Shown piece after piece: positions 10,561 through 23,769 of a DNA stretch of 64,000 nt. Position 1 is the first letter of the stretch, and the number at the start of each line of letters is the position of its first letter. The notes under the pieces were generated by a model, which had not been told where the DNA came from, made no database searches, and saw only the letters and a program-made list of their open reading frames with translations. The DNA comes from Squalus acanthias (taxonomy: Eukaryota): NCBI GenBank assembly GCA_030390025.1, contig CM059432.1, positions 26,910,001 to 26,974,000 of the forward strand. Direction: 5' to 3'. Made by a program: the position numbers and the translations under genes.

Positions 10561-12433
10561 GGACCAGACAGAGAGAGGGTTGATAAACTCCTACAGCTGG
10601 CTGTTTGTGTAATGATGCCACGGAGTCTATCATATATTTCCTTGTTCATGCATTGTTTTATAAATTACCAATAGAGTTCAAAAGCTCAAGTTTTACACTG
10701 TTTCTATGTTTTGATACAAAAAGAATTAACCAGCAAAATTCTGCCAGCAAATTTTGCATTTCTTGGAAAGTGGATGGGGTGGGCTTACAAACTTCATCTA
10801 TGAATGGCTATTTTTGCTGTCAATTATATTAATTTCTAAAAAAAAACACTTGTTTATCTCAAAGTAATTTTTGTAATAAAAGACTGATAAAATGGGGACA
10901 GAGCGTATCAACAGCAAGTTCTCTGCTGTTACAAAGAATTTACAGCACAGAAACAGGCCATTCAGCTCAATTGGTCTAAGCCGGTGTTTATACTCCATAC
11001 GAGCCTCCTGCCACCCTACTTCGTCTAACACTATTTGCATATCCAGTTCGTCAGTCATAGTCATAATGACACAGAAACATAGAAAAATAGGAGCAGGAGT
11101 AGGCCATTCGGCCCTTCGAGCCTGCTCCGCAATTCAATATGATCATGGCTGATCCTCTATCTCAATACCATATTCCCGCTCTCTCCCCATAACCCTTGAT
11201 GCCTTTTGTGTCTAGAAATCTATCTACTTCTTAAATATATTCAGTGACTTGGCCTCCACAACCTTCTGTGGTAGAAAATTCCACAGGTTCACCACCCTCT
11301 GAGTGAAGAAATTTCTCCTCATCTCAGTCCTAAATGTCCTACCCCGTATCTTGAGATGGTGACCCCTCGTTCTAGACCCCCCCCAGCCAGGGGAAACATC
11401 CTCCCTGCATCCAGTCTGTCTAGCCCTGTCAGAATTTTATACGTTTCAATGAGATCCCCTCTCATTCTCTAAACTCTAATGAATACAGGCCTAGTCGGCC
11501 CAATCTCTCCTCATACGACAGTCCTGCCATCCCAGGAATCAGTCTGGTGAACCTTCGCTGCACTCCCTCTATGGCAAGTATATCTTTTCTTGGGTAAGGA
11601 GATCAAAACTGCACACAGTACTCCAGGTGTGGTCTCACCAAGGCCCTGTATAACTGTAGTAAGACATCCTTGCTCCTGTACTCAAATCCTCTTGCAATGA
11701 AGGCCAACAGACCATTTGCCTTCCTAACTGCTTGCTGCACCTGCATGTTTGCTTTCAGCGACTGGTGTACAAGGACACCCAGGTCCCTCTGTACATCAAC
11801 ATTTCCCAATCTATCAGCATTTAAATAATACTCTGCCTTTCTGTTTTTCCTACCGAAGTGGATAACTTCACATTTATCCACGTTATACTGCATCTGCCAT
11901 GTATTTGCCCACTCACTCAACTTGTCTAAATTGCCTTGAATCTTCTTTGCATCCTCCTCACAACTCACAATCCCACCTAGTTTCGTGTCATCAGCAAACT
12001 TGGAACTATTACATTTGCTTCCCTCATCCAAATCATTGATATATATTGTGAATAGCTGGGGTGCATGCACTGATCCCTGCGGTACCCCACTAGTCACCGC
12101 CTGCCACCCCGAAAAAGACCCATTTATTCCTACTCTCTGTTTCCTGTCTGTTAGCCAATTTTCATTCCATGCCAGTATATTACCCCTAATGCCATGAGCT
12201 TTAATTTTGTACACTAACCTCTTATGTGGGACTTTATCAAAGGCCTTCTGAAAATCCAAATACACCACATCCACTGGTTCTCCCTTATCTATTTTATCAG
12301 TTACATCCTCAAAAAACTCCAGTAGGTTTGTCAAACACGATTTCCCTTTCATAAATCCATGTTGTCTTTGCCTAATCCCGTTGATATTTTCCAAGTGTCC
12401 TGTTATCACATTCTTTATAATAGACTCTAGCAT

Positions 12434-13069
12434 AGAAACATAGAAGATAGGAGTAGGAGTAGTCCATTCGGCCCCTCGAGCCTGTTCCGCCATTTAATGA
12501 GATCATGGCTGATCATCCAAATTCAGTACCCTGTCCCTGCTTTCTCCTCCATATCCCTTGATCCCTTTAGCCTTAAGAAATATATCTAACTCCTTCTTGA
12601 ATATATTTCATGAATTGGCCTCAACTGCCTTCTGTGGTAGAGAATTCCACAGGTTCACCACTCTCTGGGTGAAGAAATTCCTCCTCATCTCAGTCCTAAA
12701 TGGCTTACCCCTTATCCTTAGACTGTGACCCCTGGTTCTGGACTCCCCTGCCATCGGGAACATCCTGCATCTAGTCTGTCTACTCCTGTTAGAATTTTAT
12801 AAGTTTCAATGAGATCCCCTCTCATTCTTCTAAACTCTAGTGAATGTAAGCCTAATCGACCCAATCTCTCCTCGTATGTCATTCCTGCCATCCCAGGTAT
12901 CAGTCTGGTGAATCTTTGCTGCACTCTCCATGGCAAGAACATCCTTCCTCAGATAAGGTGACCAAAACTGCACACAATACTCAAGGTGTGGTCTCACCAA
13001 GGCCCTACACAACTGCAGCAAGACATCCTTGCTCCTGTACTCGAATCCTCTCGCTATGAAAGCCAACAT
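12434..13069 (-). mobile_element. 5'-truncated CR1 nested in the RT of a related CR1
   Basis: A second CR1 3' end starts at ~12434; the host resumes at CATTTTCCCTACTACTGATG; CAT occurs at both junctions. Confidence 0.85.
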
Positions 13070-14829
13070 TTTCCCTACTACTGATGTTAGGCTAACCTGG
13101 TCTGTAGTTCCCTGTTTTCTCTCCCTCCTTTTGAAAATAGTGGGGTTACATTTGCCACCCTCCAATCTGCAGGAACTGTTCCATAATCTACAGAATTTTG
13201 GAAGATGACAACCACTATTTCCATGGCTACCTCTTTTAGTATTCTGGGATGCAGATTATCAGGCCTTGGGGATTTATCAGCTTTCAGTCCCATTAATTTC
13301 TCCAGCACTTTTTTTTACTCATACTAATTTCCTTTAATTCCTCCTTCTCACTCAACCCTTGATTCCCTAGCATTTCTGGGAAGTTATTTGTGTCCTCTTC
13401 CGTGAAGACAGAACAAAAGTATTTGTTTAATTGCTCTACCATTTCCTTGTTCCCCATTATAAATTCTCCCGTTTCTGACTGTAAGGGACCTACATTTGTC
13501 TTCACTAATCTTTTTCTTTTTACATACCTGTAGAAGCTTTTACAATCCGCTTTTATGTTCCTTGCAAGTTTACTCTCGTACTCTATTTTTCCCCTCTTAA
13601 TCAATCTCTTGGTCCTTTTTTGCTGAACTCTAAACTGCTCCCAATCCTCAGGCTTGCTACTTTTTCTGCAACTTTATATGACATCTCTTTGGATCTAATA
13701 CTATCTTTAATTTCTCTTGTTAGCCATGGTTGGGCCATTTTTCCTTTTGTGTTTTTTGCGCCAGAAAGGAATGTATAACTGTTGCAATTCATGCATGCGT
13801 TCCTTAAATGTTAGCCATTGCCTTTTAATGAAGCTCCCCAATCTATCACAGCCAACTCACTCCTCATACCATCGTAGTTTCCTTTGTTTAGATTAAGGAC
13901 CCTAGTTTCGGATTGGACGTCTTCACTTTTCATTTTAATGAAGAATTCTATCATGTTATGGTTACTCTTCCCTAAAGGACCCCGCACAACAAGATTATTA
14001 ATTAACCCCTTCTCATTGCACAATACCCAATCTAGGATAGCCTGTTCCCTAGTTGGCTCCTTAACATACTGCTCTTAAAAAACCATCTCGTACACAGTCC
14101 AGGAATTCATCCTCCACAGTATTATTGCTAATTTGCTTTGTCCAGTCTATATGTGGATTAAAGTCACCCATGATTACTGTAGTACCCTTGTTACATGCAT
14201 CTCTAATTTCATGTTTGATGCCATCCCCTACATTACCACTACTGTTTGGAGGCCTATTGACAACTCCCACCAATGTTTTCTGCCCCTTGGTGCTTCTTAG
14301 CTCCACCCAGACTGATTCTACATCTTGATTTTCTGAGTCAATATCCTTTCTCACTGTTGCTCTGATTTCATCCTTCACTAACGAGGCCACCCCACCTCCT
14401 TTTCCTTTTCGTCTGTCCTTCCTAAATATCGAATATCCTTGGATATTCAGCTCCCAGCCTTGGTCACGCTGCAGCCATGTCTCCGTAATCGTAATTATAT
14501 CGTATCCATTTACATCTATTTGTGCTGTTAATTCGTCTACCTTATTATGAATGCTTCGTGCATTCAGATACAGTGCCTTTTAGATTTGACTTTTTAACAT
14601 TTTTAGACATCTTAACTTTTTTTGTACTATGGCCCTATTTGTCTTATTACCATTTTTTCTTATCCGGACCCTATTTGTTAGTACACTCTGTCCCTTCCTG
14701 ACACGATCTGGTTATCCTTACCCCAATCACTTTCCTGCACTGCTTCCTTGTCTTTTCTCTTTAGCATTCTAAATTTCTCTCCAACGGGACCCTCCCCCCC
14801 CCCCCCCCCCCCTTTACCTCCCTAGTTAT

Positions 14830-15735
14830 TTGATTCACTAGAACTCTGGTCCCAGCATGGTTCAGGTGTAGTCCGTCCCAACGGAACAGCTCTCTCTTTC
14901 TCCAGTACTAGTGCCAGTGCCCCACGAATCGAAACTCACTTCTCCCACACCAATCTTTGAGCCACGCATTCATCTCCCTGATCCTATTGACCCTATGCCA
15001 ATTTGCTCCTGGCTCCGGTAATAATCCAGAGATTATGACCTTTGTGGTTCTGCTTTTTAATTTGGTCCCTAGCTGCTCAAACTCTCTCAGCAGAACCTCT
15101 TTCTTTGTCCTACCTATGTCGTTGGTACCTACGTCGACAACGACAACTGGATCCTCCCACTCCAAGTTCTTCTCCAGCCCGGAGGAGATGTCCTTTACCG
15201 GTTAGGCAATATAGCCTTCGGGACTCATGCTCCTGGCTGCAGAGAACAGTGTCTATCCCCCTAACTATACTGTCACCTACTACAACCACCTCCCTTTTTA
15301 CTCCCCCCCCCCCCCCCCCCCCACTTGAACGGTGCCGTGGTCAGTTTGCTCGTCCGCCCCGCAGTCACTGCACTTGTCCACAAGTGTTGCAAGAACCTCA
15401 AATCTATTGGACAAGTGCAGGGACTGAGTCTCCTGCAATACTACCTCCTGGATCCCCGTACCTGCCTCACTCGCAGTCACACCCTCCTGTCCCTGACCAA
15501 GTGTCAGTTCTAAAGTATTTAATCTAAGGGGTGTGGCTGCCTCCTGGAGCAAAAGGTCCAGGTAACTTTCTCCCTCCCTGATGTCTCGCAATGTCTGCAG
15601 CTCGGACTCCAGCTTCTCAACTCGGAGCCGAAGTTCCTCGAGCCGCAGACACTTACCACAGATGTAGTCGCCCTGGACAAAAATGTCCACAAGCTCCCAC
15701 ATACTGCAGCAGCAACACATCTCCTGTTCTCCCAT
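14830..15735 (-). pseudogene. CR1 ORF1: zinc finger/leucine zipper plus SGNH-type esterase (disrupted)
   Basis: CCSMW..YICGKCLRLEELRLRVEKLESELQTL and VVVVDVGTNDIG..VIISGLLP. Confidence 0.85.
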
Positions 15736-16104
15736 TATTTTAGTTGTTTAATTAATTTAGTTTAGTATTAATCAAATTATTTACCTCATTTAGTTAATTA
15801 AATTAAATTAAGTTTAGTTTTTAAAATTGTTATATGTTAACTTAAAACTTAGCCCACAGTCACTACCAATCACTTACCTGCAATGTTACACTGCCGTTTT
15901 CTCTTGTTGATGCAGGTCTGTTGCTGCTTTTATCCTCGCTCTCGGGCCTCGGTCTGCTCCGCTGAGGTCCGCCGCCGCTTTGCAGAAAACGTTAAGAAAA
16001 GCAAGCACCTCCTTCCCACACTTACCAAACTCGCAGTTGTTCACTCTGTGCTGCTGCACTCAGTGCTGGCTGCACTCAGGCCCCTGTATTTATGCTGTGT
16101 GTGA

Positions 16105-18497
16105 CTCAGAAGGAGGCCATTCGGCCTATCAAGTCCGTGCCGGCTCTCTAGAGCAATCCAGTCAGTCCCATTCCCCCGCTCTATCCTCGTAGCCCTGCAA
16201 GTTTATTTCCCTCAAGTGCCTATCCAGTCTCCCCTTGAAAACATTGAGTGTGTCCGCTTCCACTACTTCTGTCGGCAGCGAATTCCAGGTCACCACCACT
16301 CGCTGCATAAAAACGTTTTTCCTCACGTCCCCCCTGTATTTCTTGCCCAAAACCTTAAATCTGTGACCCCTAGTCCTTGTGCCATCAACTAGTGAGAACA
16401 GCCTTTCCCCGTCTAGCCTATCCAAACCCGTCATAATCTTGTACACCTCTATCAAATCACCCCTCCTTTGCTCTAATGAAAACAAATCCAGCTTCTCCAA
16501 CCTGTCCTTGTAGCTAAGATCCCCCATCCCCGGAACCATTCTGGTAAATCTCCTCTGCACCCTCTCAAGGGCCTTCACATCCTTCCTAAAGTGTGGTGAC
16601 CAGAACTGGATGCAATACTCCAGTTGTGGCCTAACCAGCACTTTATAAAGGTTCAGCATAACTTCTCTACTTTTGTACTCAATACCTCTATTTATGAAGC
16701 CCAAGATCGCATATGCTTTGTTAACCACTCTCAATATGTCCTGCCACCTTCAGGGACCTATGCACATCAACTCCCAGGTCCCTCTGTCCCTGCACATTCT
16801 TTAAATTTGTGCCATTAAGTGTATATTAACTCTCCCTGTTCCTTCTGCCAAAATGCATCACCTCACACTTCTCTATTAAATTCCATCTGCCACTTGTCTG
16901 CCCATTCTGCTAGCCTTTCTGCGTCCAGTTGCAGTCGATTGGTATAATCATCACTGTTTGCCACACCCCCAAGTTTGGTGTCATCGGCAAATTTAGAAAT
17001 TATACTCTGTATTCCAATATCCAGGTCATTTAAATTTGTATATATATATATATTCTCTCAAAAAAAAGCAGTGGCCCCAGCACTGACCCTTGGGGAATAC
17101 CACTGTCTACCATCCTCCAGTCTGAAAAAGAGCCATTTACCACAACTTGCTATTTTCTGTCCTTAAGCCAATTCCTTATCCAAGCTGCCACTGATCCACC
17201 TATTCCATGAGCCTCAATTTTGTTAACCAGCCTTCTACGTGGTACTTTGTCAAACGCCTTCCGAAAATCCATGCAGACAACATCCCTTGCATTCCCTTCA
17301 TCAATCCTCCCTGTTACTTCATCAAAAAATTCAATTAGATTAGTCAAACATATCTGCCTTTTACAAATCCGTGTTGGCTCTCCTTAATTAGTTTAAACCT
17401 CTCCAAGTGCCCGTTAATTTTTTCCTTGATTTATTGATCCTAAAACTTTACCCACCACTGATGTTAAACTGACCGGCCTGTAGTTACTAGGATTGTCCTT
17501 GCACCCTTTCTTGAACAATGGTGTCACATTTGCCACTTTCCAATCCTCAGGCACCTCCCCCGCATCTAGAGAAGATTGGAAAATTATGGCAAGCCCTTCC
17601 GTTATCTCCTCCCCGAATTCCTTTAGCAACCTGGGATGCAAGCCATCTGGACCAGGCAACTTGTCCACTCTAAGCATACCCAGCCTTTCAAGTACATCCT
17701 GTCTATCAATTTTCACCCCTTCCATTGCTTCTACCTTTTCCACTTCTACCAATATTTTGTCAGCACCGATACAAAGTATTCATTCAGTATTCTAGCCTTG
17801 CCCTGCACCTCTAAGCATATATCACCCTTCTTTGTCTCTAATAGGCCCTCCCCGCCTCTTACTATCCGCTTACTGTTTACATGCCGGTAGAAGATTTTTG
17901 GGTTCCCTTTTATGTTGACCGCCATTCTACTCCCTCATTCTCTCTTTGCCAATCTTATTTTCATCTTCACTTCCCCTCTCAACTTATTGTATTTGGTCTG
18001 GTTCTCCCTTGAAGAATTCACCTGACATGCATCATACACCCTCTTTTTTTGTTTCATCATCTTCTCTATCTCCCTCGTCATCCAAGGAGCCCTTGCTTTG
18101 GTTCCCTTACCCTTCCCTCTTGTTGGAATGTACCTAGCCTGTACTTGGAACATCTCCTCCTTAAAGATCACCCATTGTTCCGTTACAGTTTTTCCTGTCA
18201 GTCTTTGGTTCCATTTTACCCTGGCTAGATCCTTTCGCGTCCCATTGAAGTTAGCCCTATTCCAGTTTAGAAGTTCCATTCTGGATTGTTCCTTGCTCCT
18301 CTCCATTGCTAATCTAAATCTTATGATCCGATGATCACTCGTACCCAAGTGTTCTCCCACAGACACTTGGTCAACCTGGCCCACCTCATTCCCAGCACCA
18401 GATCCAGCAATGCCTCCTTCCTAGTTGGGCCAAGAACATATTGGTCAAGAAACTTCTCCTGAACGCATTTCAGAAATTCCTCCCCCTCCTTTCCCTT
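16105..18497 (-). mobile_element. CR1 LINE (different subfamily), 5'-truncated
   Basis: RPQLEYCIQFWSP, MDFRKAFDKVP, PGPDGLHPR and HLGTSDH motifs. Confidence 0.92.
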
Positions 18498-18505
18498 TAT
18501 TCGAT

Positions 18506-18858
18506 GTCAAGGCAGCATTTGACTGAGTGTGGCATCAAGGAGCCCTAGTAAAATTGAAGTCAATGGGAATAAGGGGGGAATGAGCTGGAAAACTCTCCAC
18601 TGGCTGGAGTCAAACCTAGCACAAATGAAGATCGTTTTGGTTGTTGGGAGGTCAATCATCTCAGCCCCAGGACATCGCTGCACGAGTTTCTCAGGGCAAT
18701 GTCCTAGGTCCCCGACCATCTTCAGCTATTTATCAATGACCTTCCCGCCATCGTAAGGTCAGAAGTGGGAATGTTCGCTGATGATTGCACAGTGTTCAAT
18801 TACATTCACAACTCCTCAGATAATGAAGCGGTCTATGCCCGCATGCAGCAAGACCTGG
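18506..18858 (+). mobile_element. LINE-B RT fragment
   Basis: LHWLESNL and GMFADDCTV; matches 36044-36310. Confidence 0.85.
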
Positions 18859-18859
18859 A

Positions 18860-19770
18860 GGCTGGAGGGTTGGAAGGTGAGGACAAGGTGAACCCTATCG
18901 TGGTTCTGGGAGGGAGGGGAATGGGTGAGAGCAGAAGTGTGGGAAATGGAACGGACACGGTCGAGGGCCCTGTCAACCACGGTAGAGGGGAATCCTCGGT
19001 TGAGAAGAAAGTAAGTCATATCAAGCACTAGTATGGAAGGTGGCATTGTCAGAACAGATGCGACGGAGATGGAGAAACTGGGAGAATGGAATAGAGTCCT
19101 TACAGGAAGCCCGGTGGGAGGAAGTGTATTCAAGGTAGCTGTGGGAGTCAGTGGGCTTATAGTGGATGTTGAGCAGTAGCCTATCCCAAAAATGGAGACA
19201 GAGAAGTCGAGGAAGGGAAGAGTCTGAGATGGACCCTGTGAAGGCGAGGGAAGAGTGGAAATTGGAAGCAAAGTGAATAAAATTGTCTAGTTCAGAGCGA
19301 GAGCAGGAATCAATGTACTGGAAAAGGAGGTGAGGGAGGCAACCTGAGTAGGACTATAACAAAGAATGTTCCACATATCCCACAAAAAGGCAGGCATAGC
19401 TAGGACCCATGCAGGTTCTCATAGCAACACCTTTTATTTGGAGGAAGTGAGTGGAGTCAAAAGAGAAGTTGTTCAATGTGGGAACAAGTTCAGCCAAGCA
19501 GAGGAGGGTGCTGGTGGATGGGGACTGGTTGGGCCTCTGTTTAAGGAAGAAGCGGAACACCCTCAAGCCGTCCTGGTGGGGGATGGAGGTTTAGAGGGAT
19601 TGGACGTCCATGATGAAAAGGAGAGGGTTAGGGCCAGGAAACTGGAAACTTAAAGTGGCGGAGGGTGTCGGAAGAGTCACGGATGTAGGTGGGAAGAGAC
19701 TGGACAAGGGGAGAAATTGAGTCGCGATATGAAGAAATCAGTTCTGGGGCAAGAATAGGTTGAAGGAATG
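18860..19770 (-). mobile_element. Penelope-like retroelement RT fragment
   Basis: FSFDSTHFLQIKGVAMRTCMGPSYACLF, LPFLDFSVSI and LNRGFPSTVV, typical of Penelope-like RT. Confidence 0.85.
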
Positions 19771-21399
19771 ATGTGATTTGGTGCAGCCAAAATTATGGTT
19801 AGTCAATCATTAACATACCTTAGTGATACCTTTGGGTCTGGTGTCCCAGCATCCTTTGGGAAGAAGAGCATCCATGAGAAAGAACTTCACAACCTTAGGA
19901 TGTCCCAAAGCATCTTGCAGGCAATGAAGCATATCATCACTAATTGTCTGCTGACGCAAGATAAGTTCACCTCTCTCTGCAGATGCGATTGTACAGGTAC
20001 CGGTTGGTGGTCACAAAGCTTTTCTTGTGCACCCTGTGTCAGCAGGGGAAAAAAAGAAAATTGGTTAGGAAATAGGATCATAGAGGGGTACAGCACAGTA
20101 GGAGGCCATTTGGCCAAACGTGTCTCCCTCTGCTCCAAATATTTAACTTTTTTAATAGATGCAATGGTTTCTCCCTTAACTCCCTGTGGCAAAGCATTGC
20201 ATGCTTCATCGACTCTTCGTGTAAAGAAATTTCAACTAATCTCTCTCCTCACTCTCTTGGTGGCAATCTTAAATTAATGACCCCTTGTTAGAGGAAATTG
20301 TTTTTTTTTCCTTTCAAAACCCTTAATAATCTTAAAAAACCTCTAATAAATCTCCTAGCCTTCTCTGCTTCAGTGGATATGGCTAAAATACACTTACTTT
20401 AATATTGCTGTGTCCTTTCCATGACCTCTATATACATAACACTGCCTAGCAACCCTGAGCATCCGTTTCTCGTGGGCGTGATTAAAATCTGAAGTCCTGC
20501 ACCCAAATTAATATCGGAAAAAAATGAAGCACTCATCCATTTGAGGCACTTCCACCACTGCTGACCCAGCCACTGGAAACTGTGTTGGGGCACAAAGTGA
20601 GCAAAGTTCCCTCATGGCATGAATTATGCCTATTTGCTGCTCCTCGTCACTCATTTTACACCACTATAACAGGCTGCCAAGAGCAGAAAATCTAGACCAC
20701 TATTCCTCCCGACATGTTTTTCTATGACTTATTAACCTTTGTTGCATTATAGTTTTAGGTCAAAATTTATGCACAAAACAATAAGCAAAGTGCATGTTGT
20801 GAAACTGACCCATATAATCATGGAAGTTGCCAGGCTCAATCCCTACTCTGCTAAGTTAGCCTATCAGCTGAGGTGCTGATCTTAACCCTCTTGGACAAGC
20901 GAAAGAAAAAATTATCCTGGATTCCTAACTCTGATGGTTATGCAGTGATCCCTCCTGGTGGTGCTTCAGTGTCGCCATCTAGTAAGGACAGTGAGCTCTG
21001 CTGTGATGGCCTTCATAATCAAACAGCCTGCCAGCACTCATTACTTGAAGAATGACCATGTTGATGAGTCACTGGAGTGCTGCTATCAGCCACAGAGCAT
21101 TGTGCTAACTCAAGTCACTACCCTTTGCGAGATGTCAGTGTTTGGGCAATAAATCACTGTTCCACTTCTTGCACCCAGTGTCCATATCGAGCATTCCCAG
21201 GTCAGGTATTGCATGGGTTAGGCATTCAAGAAAACCCCTCTACTCAATCAATTGGTCAACTTTAATTGAATACTGTCTATTGGCAAAACATGGTTGCTGA
21301 GGGCATGTTGGATATTAGGATTTCCCCTTTCCCAATGTGCTGGTGAAAGGAAAACTGCTTTTAAGAATTTAAACAAACTCCACTGGACTACCTGGAAGA

Positions 21400-23310
21400 G
21401 CATAACCGGTGAGCTGAGCTGAGCTGAGTAACTGAGCTGTCCAAGGCAGAAAAGGAGGGGGAGGGGTCAGGTGAGGGGAAATTTAGAAATCTAAAGAGAA
21501 AGGTCAAGGCAATAGAGCAGTGTAGCAATTTGGGTAAAAATAAGCAGAGTGTGACAGGAAGGGACAGAGAGTTTAACGGTAGCAGTGCAGCAGAGAATAA
21601 GGTCAAAGCAGGGTATAATGGTAAAAAAAAATTAAAGGCTCTTTATCTGAATGTACGAAGCATTCATAACAAGAAAGATGAACTAGTGGCTCAAATAAAG
21701 ATAAATGGATTTGATCTGTTGTGAATCTTTGGAAATCTCTGCCCCAGAGGGCTGTGAATGCTGAGTCTTTGAGTATATTCAAGGCTGAAATAGATAGATT
21801 TTTGGACTCCAGGGGAATCGAGGGATATTTCAGGATGGCAGGCTGTGACTAGTGGGGTACCGCAAGGATTGGTGCTTGGGCCCCAGCTATTCACAATCTA
21901 TATCAATGATTTGGATGAGGGGACTAAATGTAACATTTCCAAATTTGCTGATGATACAAAGCTAGGTGTCAGTTGCGAAGAGGCTTCAAGGGGATCTCGA
22001 CAGGCTCAGTGAGTGGGCGAGAACATGGCAGATGGAATATAATGTGGATAAATGTGAAGTTATCCACTTTGGTAGAAAAAACAGAAAGGCAGAGTATTTC
22101 CTAAATGATGAAAGATTGGGGAATGCAGATGCTCAAAGGGACCTGGGCGTCCTTGTACATGAGTCACTGAAAGTGAATGTGCAGGTGCAGCAAGCCATTA
22201 GGAAGGCAAATGGCATGCTGGCCTTCATTACAAGAGGATTTGAGTACAGGAGTAAAGAAGTCTTACTCCAATTATATAGGGCCTTGGTGAGTCCACACCT
22301 GGAGGACTGTGTACAATTTTGGTCTCCTTACCTAAGGAAGGATATACTTGCCATAGAGGGAGTGCAATGAAGGTTCACGAGATTGATTTGTGGGATGGCG
22401 GGACTGTCGTATGAGAAGAGATTGAGTAAACTAGGCCTGTATTCTCTTGAATTCAGAAGAATGAGAGGGGATCTCATTGAAGCATACAAAATTATTACAG
22501 GGCTTGATAGGATGGATGCTGGGAGAATGTTTCCCTTGGCTGGGGAGTCTAGAACCAGGGGCCACAGCCTCAAGATAAAGGGTAGGCCATTCAGGACTGA
22601 GCTGAGAAGAAATTTTTTCACAGAGGGTGGTGAATCTTTGGAATTCTCCACCCCAGAGGGCTGTGGAGGCTCAGTCATTGGGTAAATTCAAAACCGAAGT
22701 CGATAGATTTCTGACTAGTAAGGGCATCAAGGGATATGGTGATAGGGCTGGTGAATGGAGTTGAGGCAGAAGATCAGCCATGATCTCATTGAATGGCGGA
22801 GCAGGCTCGAAGGGCCTACTCCTGCTCCTATTTCTTATGTTCTTATGGAGATCGGGCAGGAAAGTGGAGTTGAGGTGGATGATCAGCCATGATATTATTG
22901 AATGGCGGAGCAAGCTCAAGGGGCTGTATGGCCTACTCCTGCTCCTATTTCTAATGTTCTTATGTTCTTATAAAAGGCCCTGGTTTGATCCCAGATCTGT
23001 ACTGAGTTAGTTTACTCTGTGTGCATGGTGGTATGGGTGCAAGAATCACCGCCGCACCCCTGGGTTAGAAAGGAGAGATCAGCAAAAGTTTCCACTCCTG
23101 GCTGCTGGCCAGTGACCATGACAGGCAGTGCATGTGAGTGGCCGTTCAGGACAAAATAAGTCTCGGCTGTGATGTCCTCCCATGGTTGAATAGCCTTCTG
23201 ACACTCACTGTCCAGCTTCACATTTGAATAATGGCTGCTTGGGTGAAGTACCAGAGGGCGATGTGGAACCATACTCCAGCAAGGAGTCAACCACTTTAGG
23301 AGGAAAAAAA
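21400..23310 (+). mobile_element. SINE-like family B copy split by a composite CR1
   Basis: Head ..ACTGAGCTGTCCAAGGCAGAAAAGG ends at 21455; the body resumes AAAAGGCCCTGGTTTGATCCC at 22972. Confidence 0.55.
21456..22971 (+). mobile_element. Rearranged composite CR1 insertion
   Basis: ORF2 N-terminus (KLKALYLNVRSI), a short 3'-region piece, RT to 3' UTR, then a second 3' UTR; AAAAGG on both sides. Confidence 0.85.
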
Positions 23311-23769
23311 AGAAAAGAATTCTTTAAAAAAATCTTCAACATTTAGCATGTTCTGTTATGCCCATGTAAGGAGTTTTAGGTGGGTGTTCTCATGGGGCTG
23401 TGGTATAAGATGAGATAAAATTGAAATAGTGTTTACATTTCCCCTTGTGAGGATGGCCTTACAACTCACTTGAGGGACTACATATAGTTTAAAGCACCTG
23501 ATAACAGTACGCTCTGTTTTCCAGTGTGGGCATAATGGATTTTAGCCATAATGGTTACAGTCTACTGTATTAACTAGAAGGCTGAATTATGTGCTCTCCT
23601 GGGAGTGTGAGAGAAATGTTAGCATTTCTTTTTCCCACAGAAAGTTAGTCCAAAAATAATAATACTGAATGAAAGTAGATAAATTAAGAAAAACCCGAGA
23701 CGATCCATATGGCTGTAACAAATTGATGCTGAATTTTGCAGTCAGGCTCAACTGATAGTGCTTGACTTG

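Larger units (their letters stand above)
11071..16100 (-). mobile_element. Near full-length decayed CR1 LINE (5' UTR, ORF1, ORF2 endonuclease and RT, 3' UTR)
   Basis: RT 11603-12430 (YLDFQKAFDKVPH, GVPQGSV, FADDTK); APE endonuclease 14061-14390 (IMGDFN); ORF1 at ~14830-15735; 5' boundary approximate. Confidence 0.9.

Noticed and set aside
11603..12493. 296-aa ORF as an active reverse transcriptase gene
   Set aside because: It is a fragment of a frameshifted CR1 ORF2 whose N-terminus comes from a nested insertion's UTR
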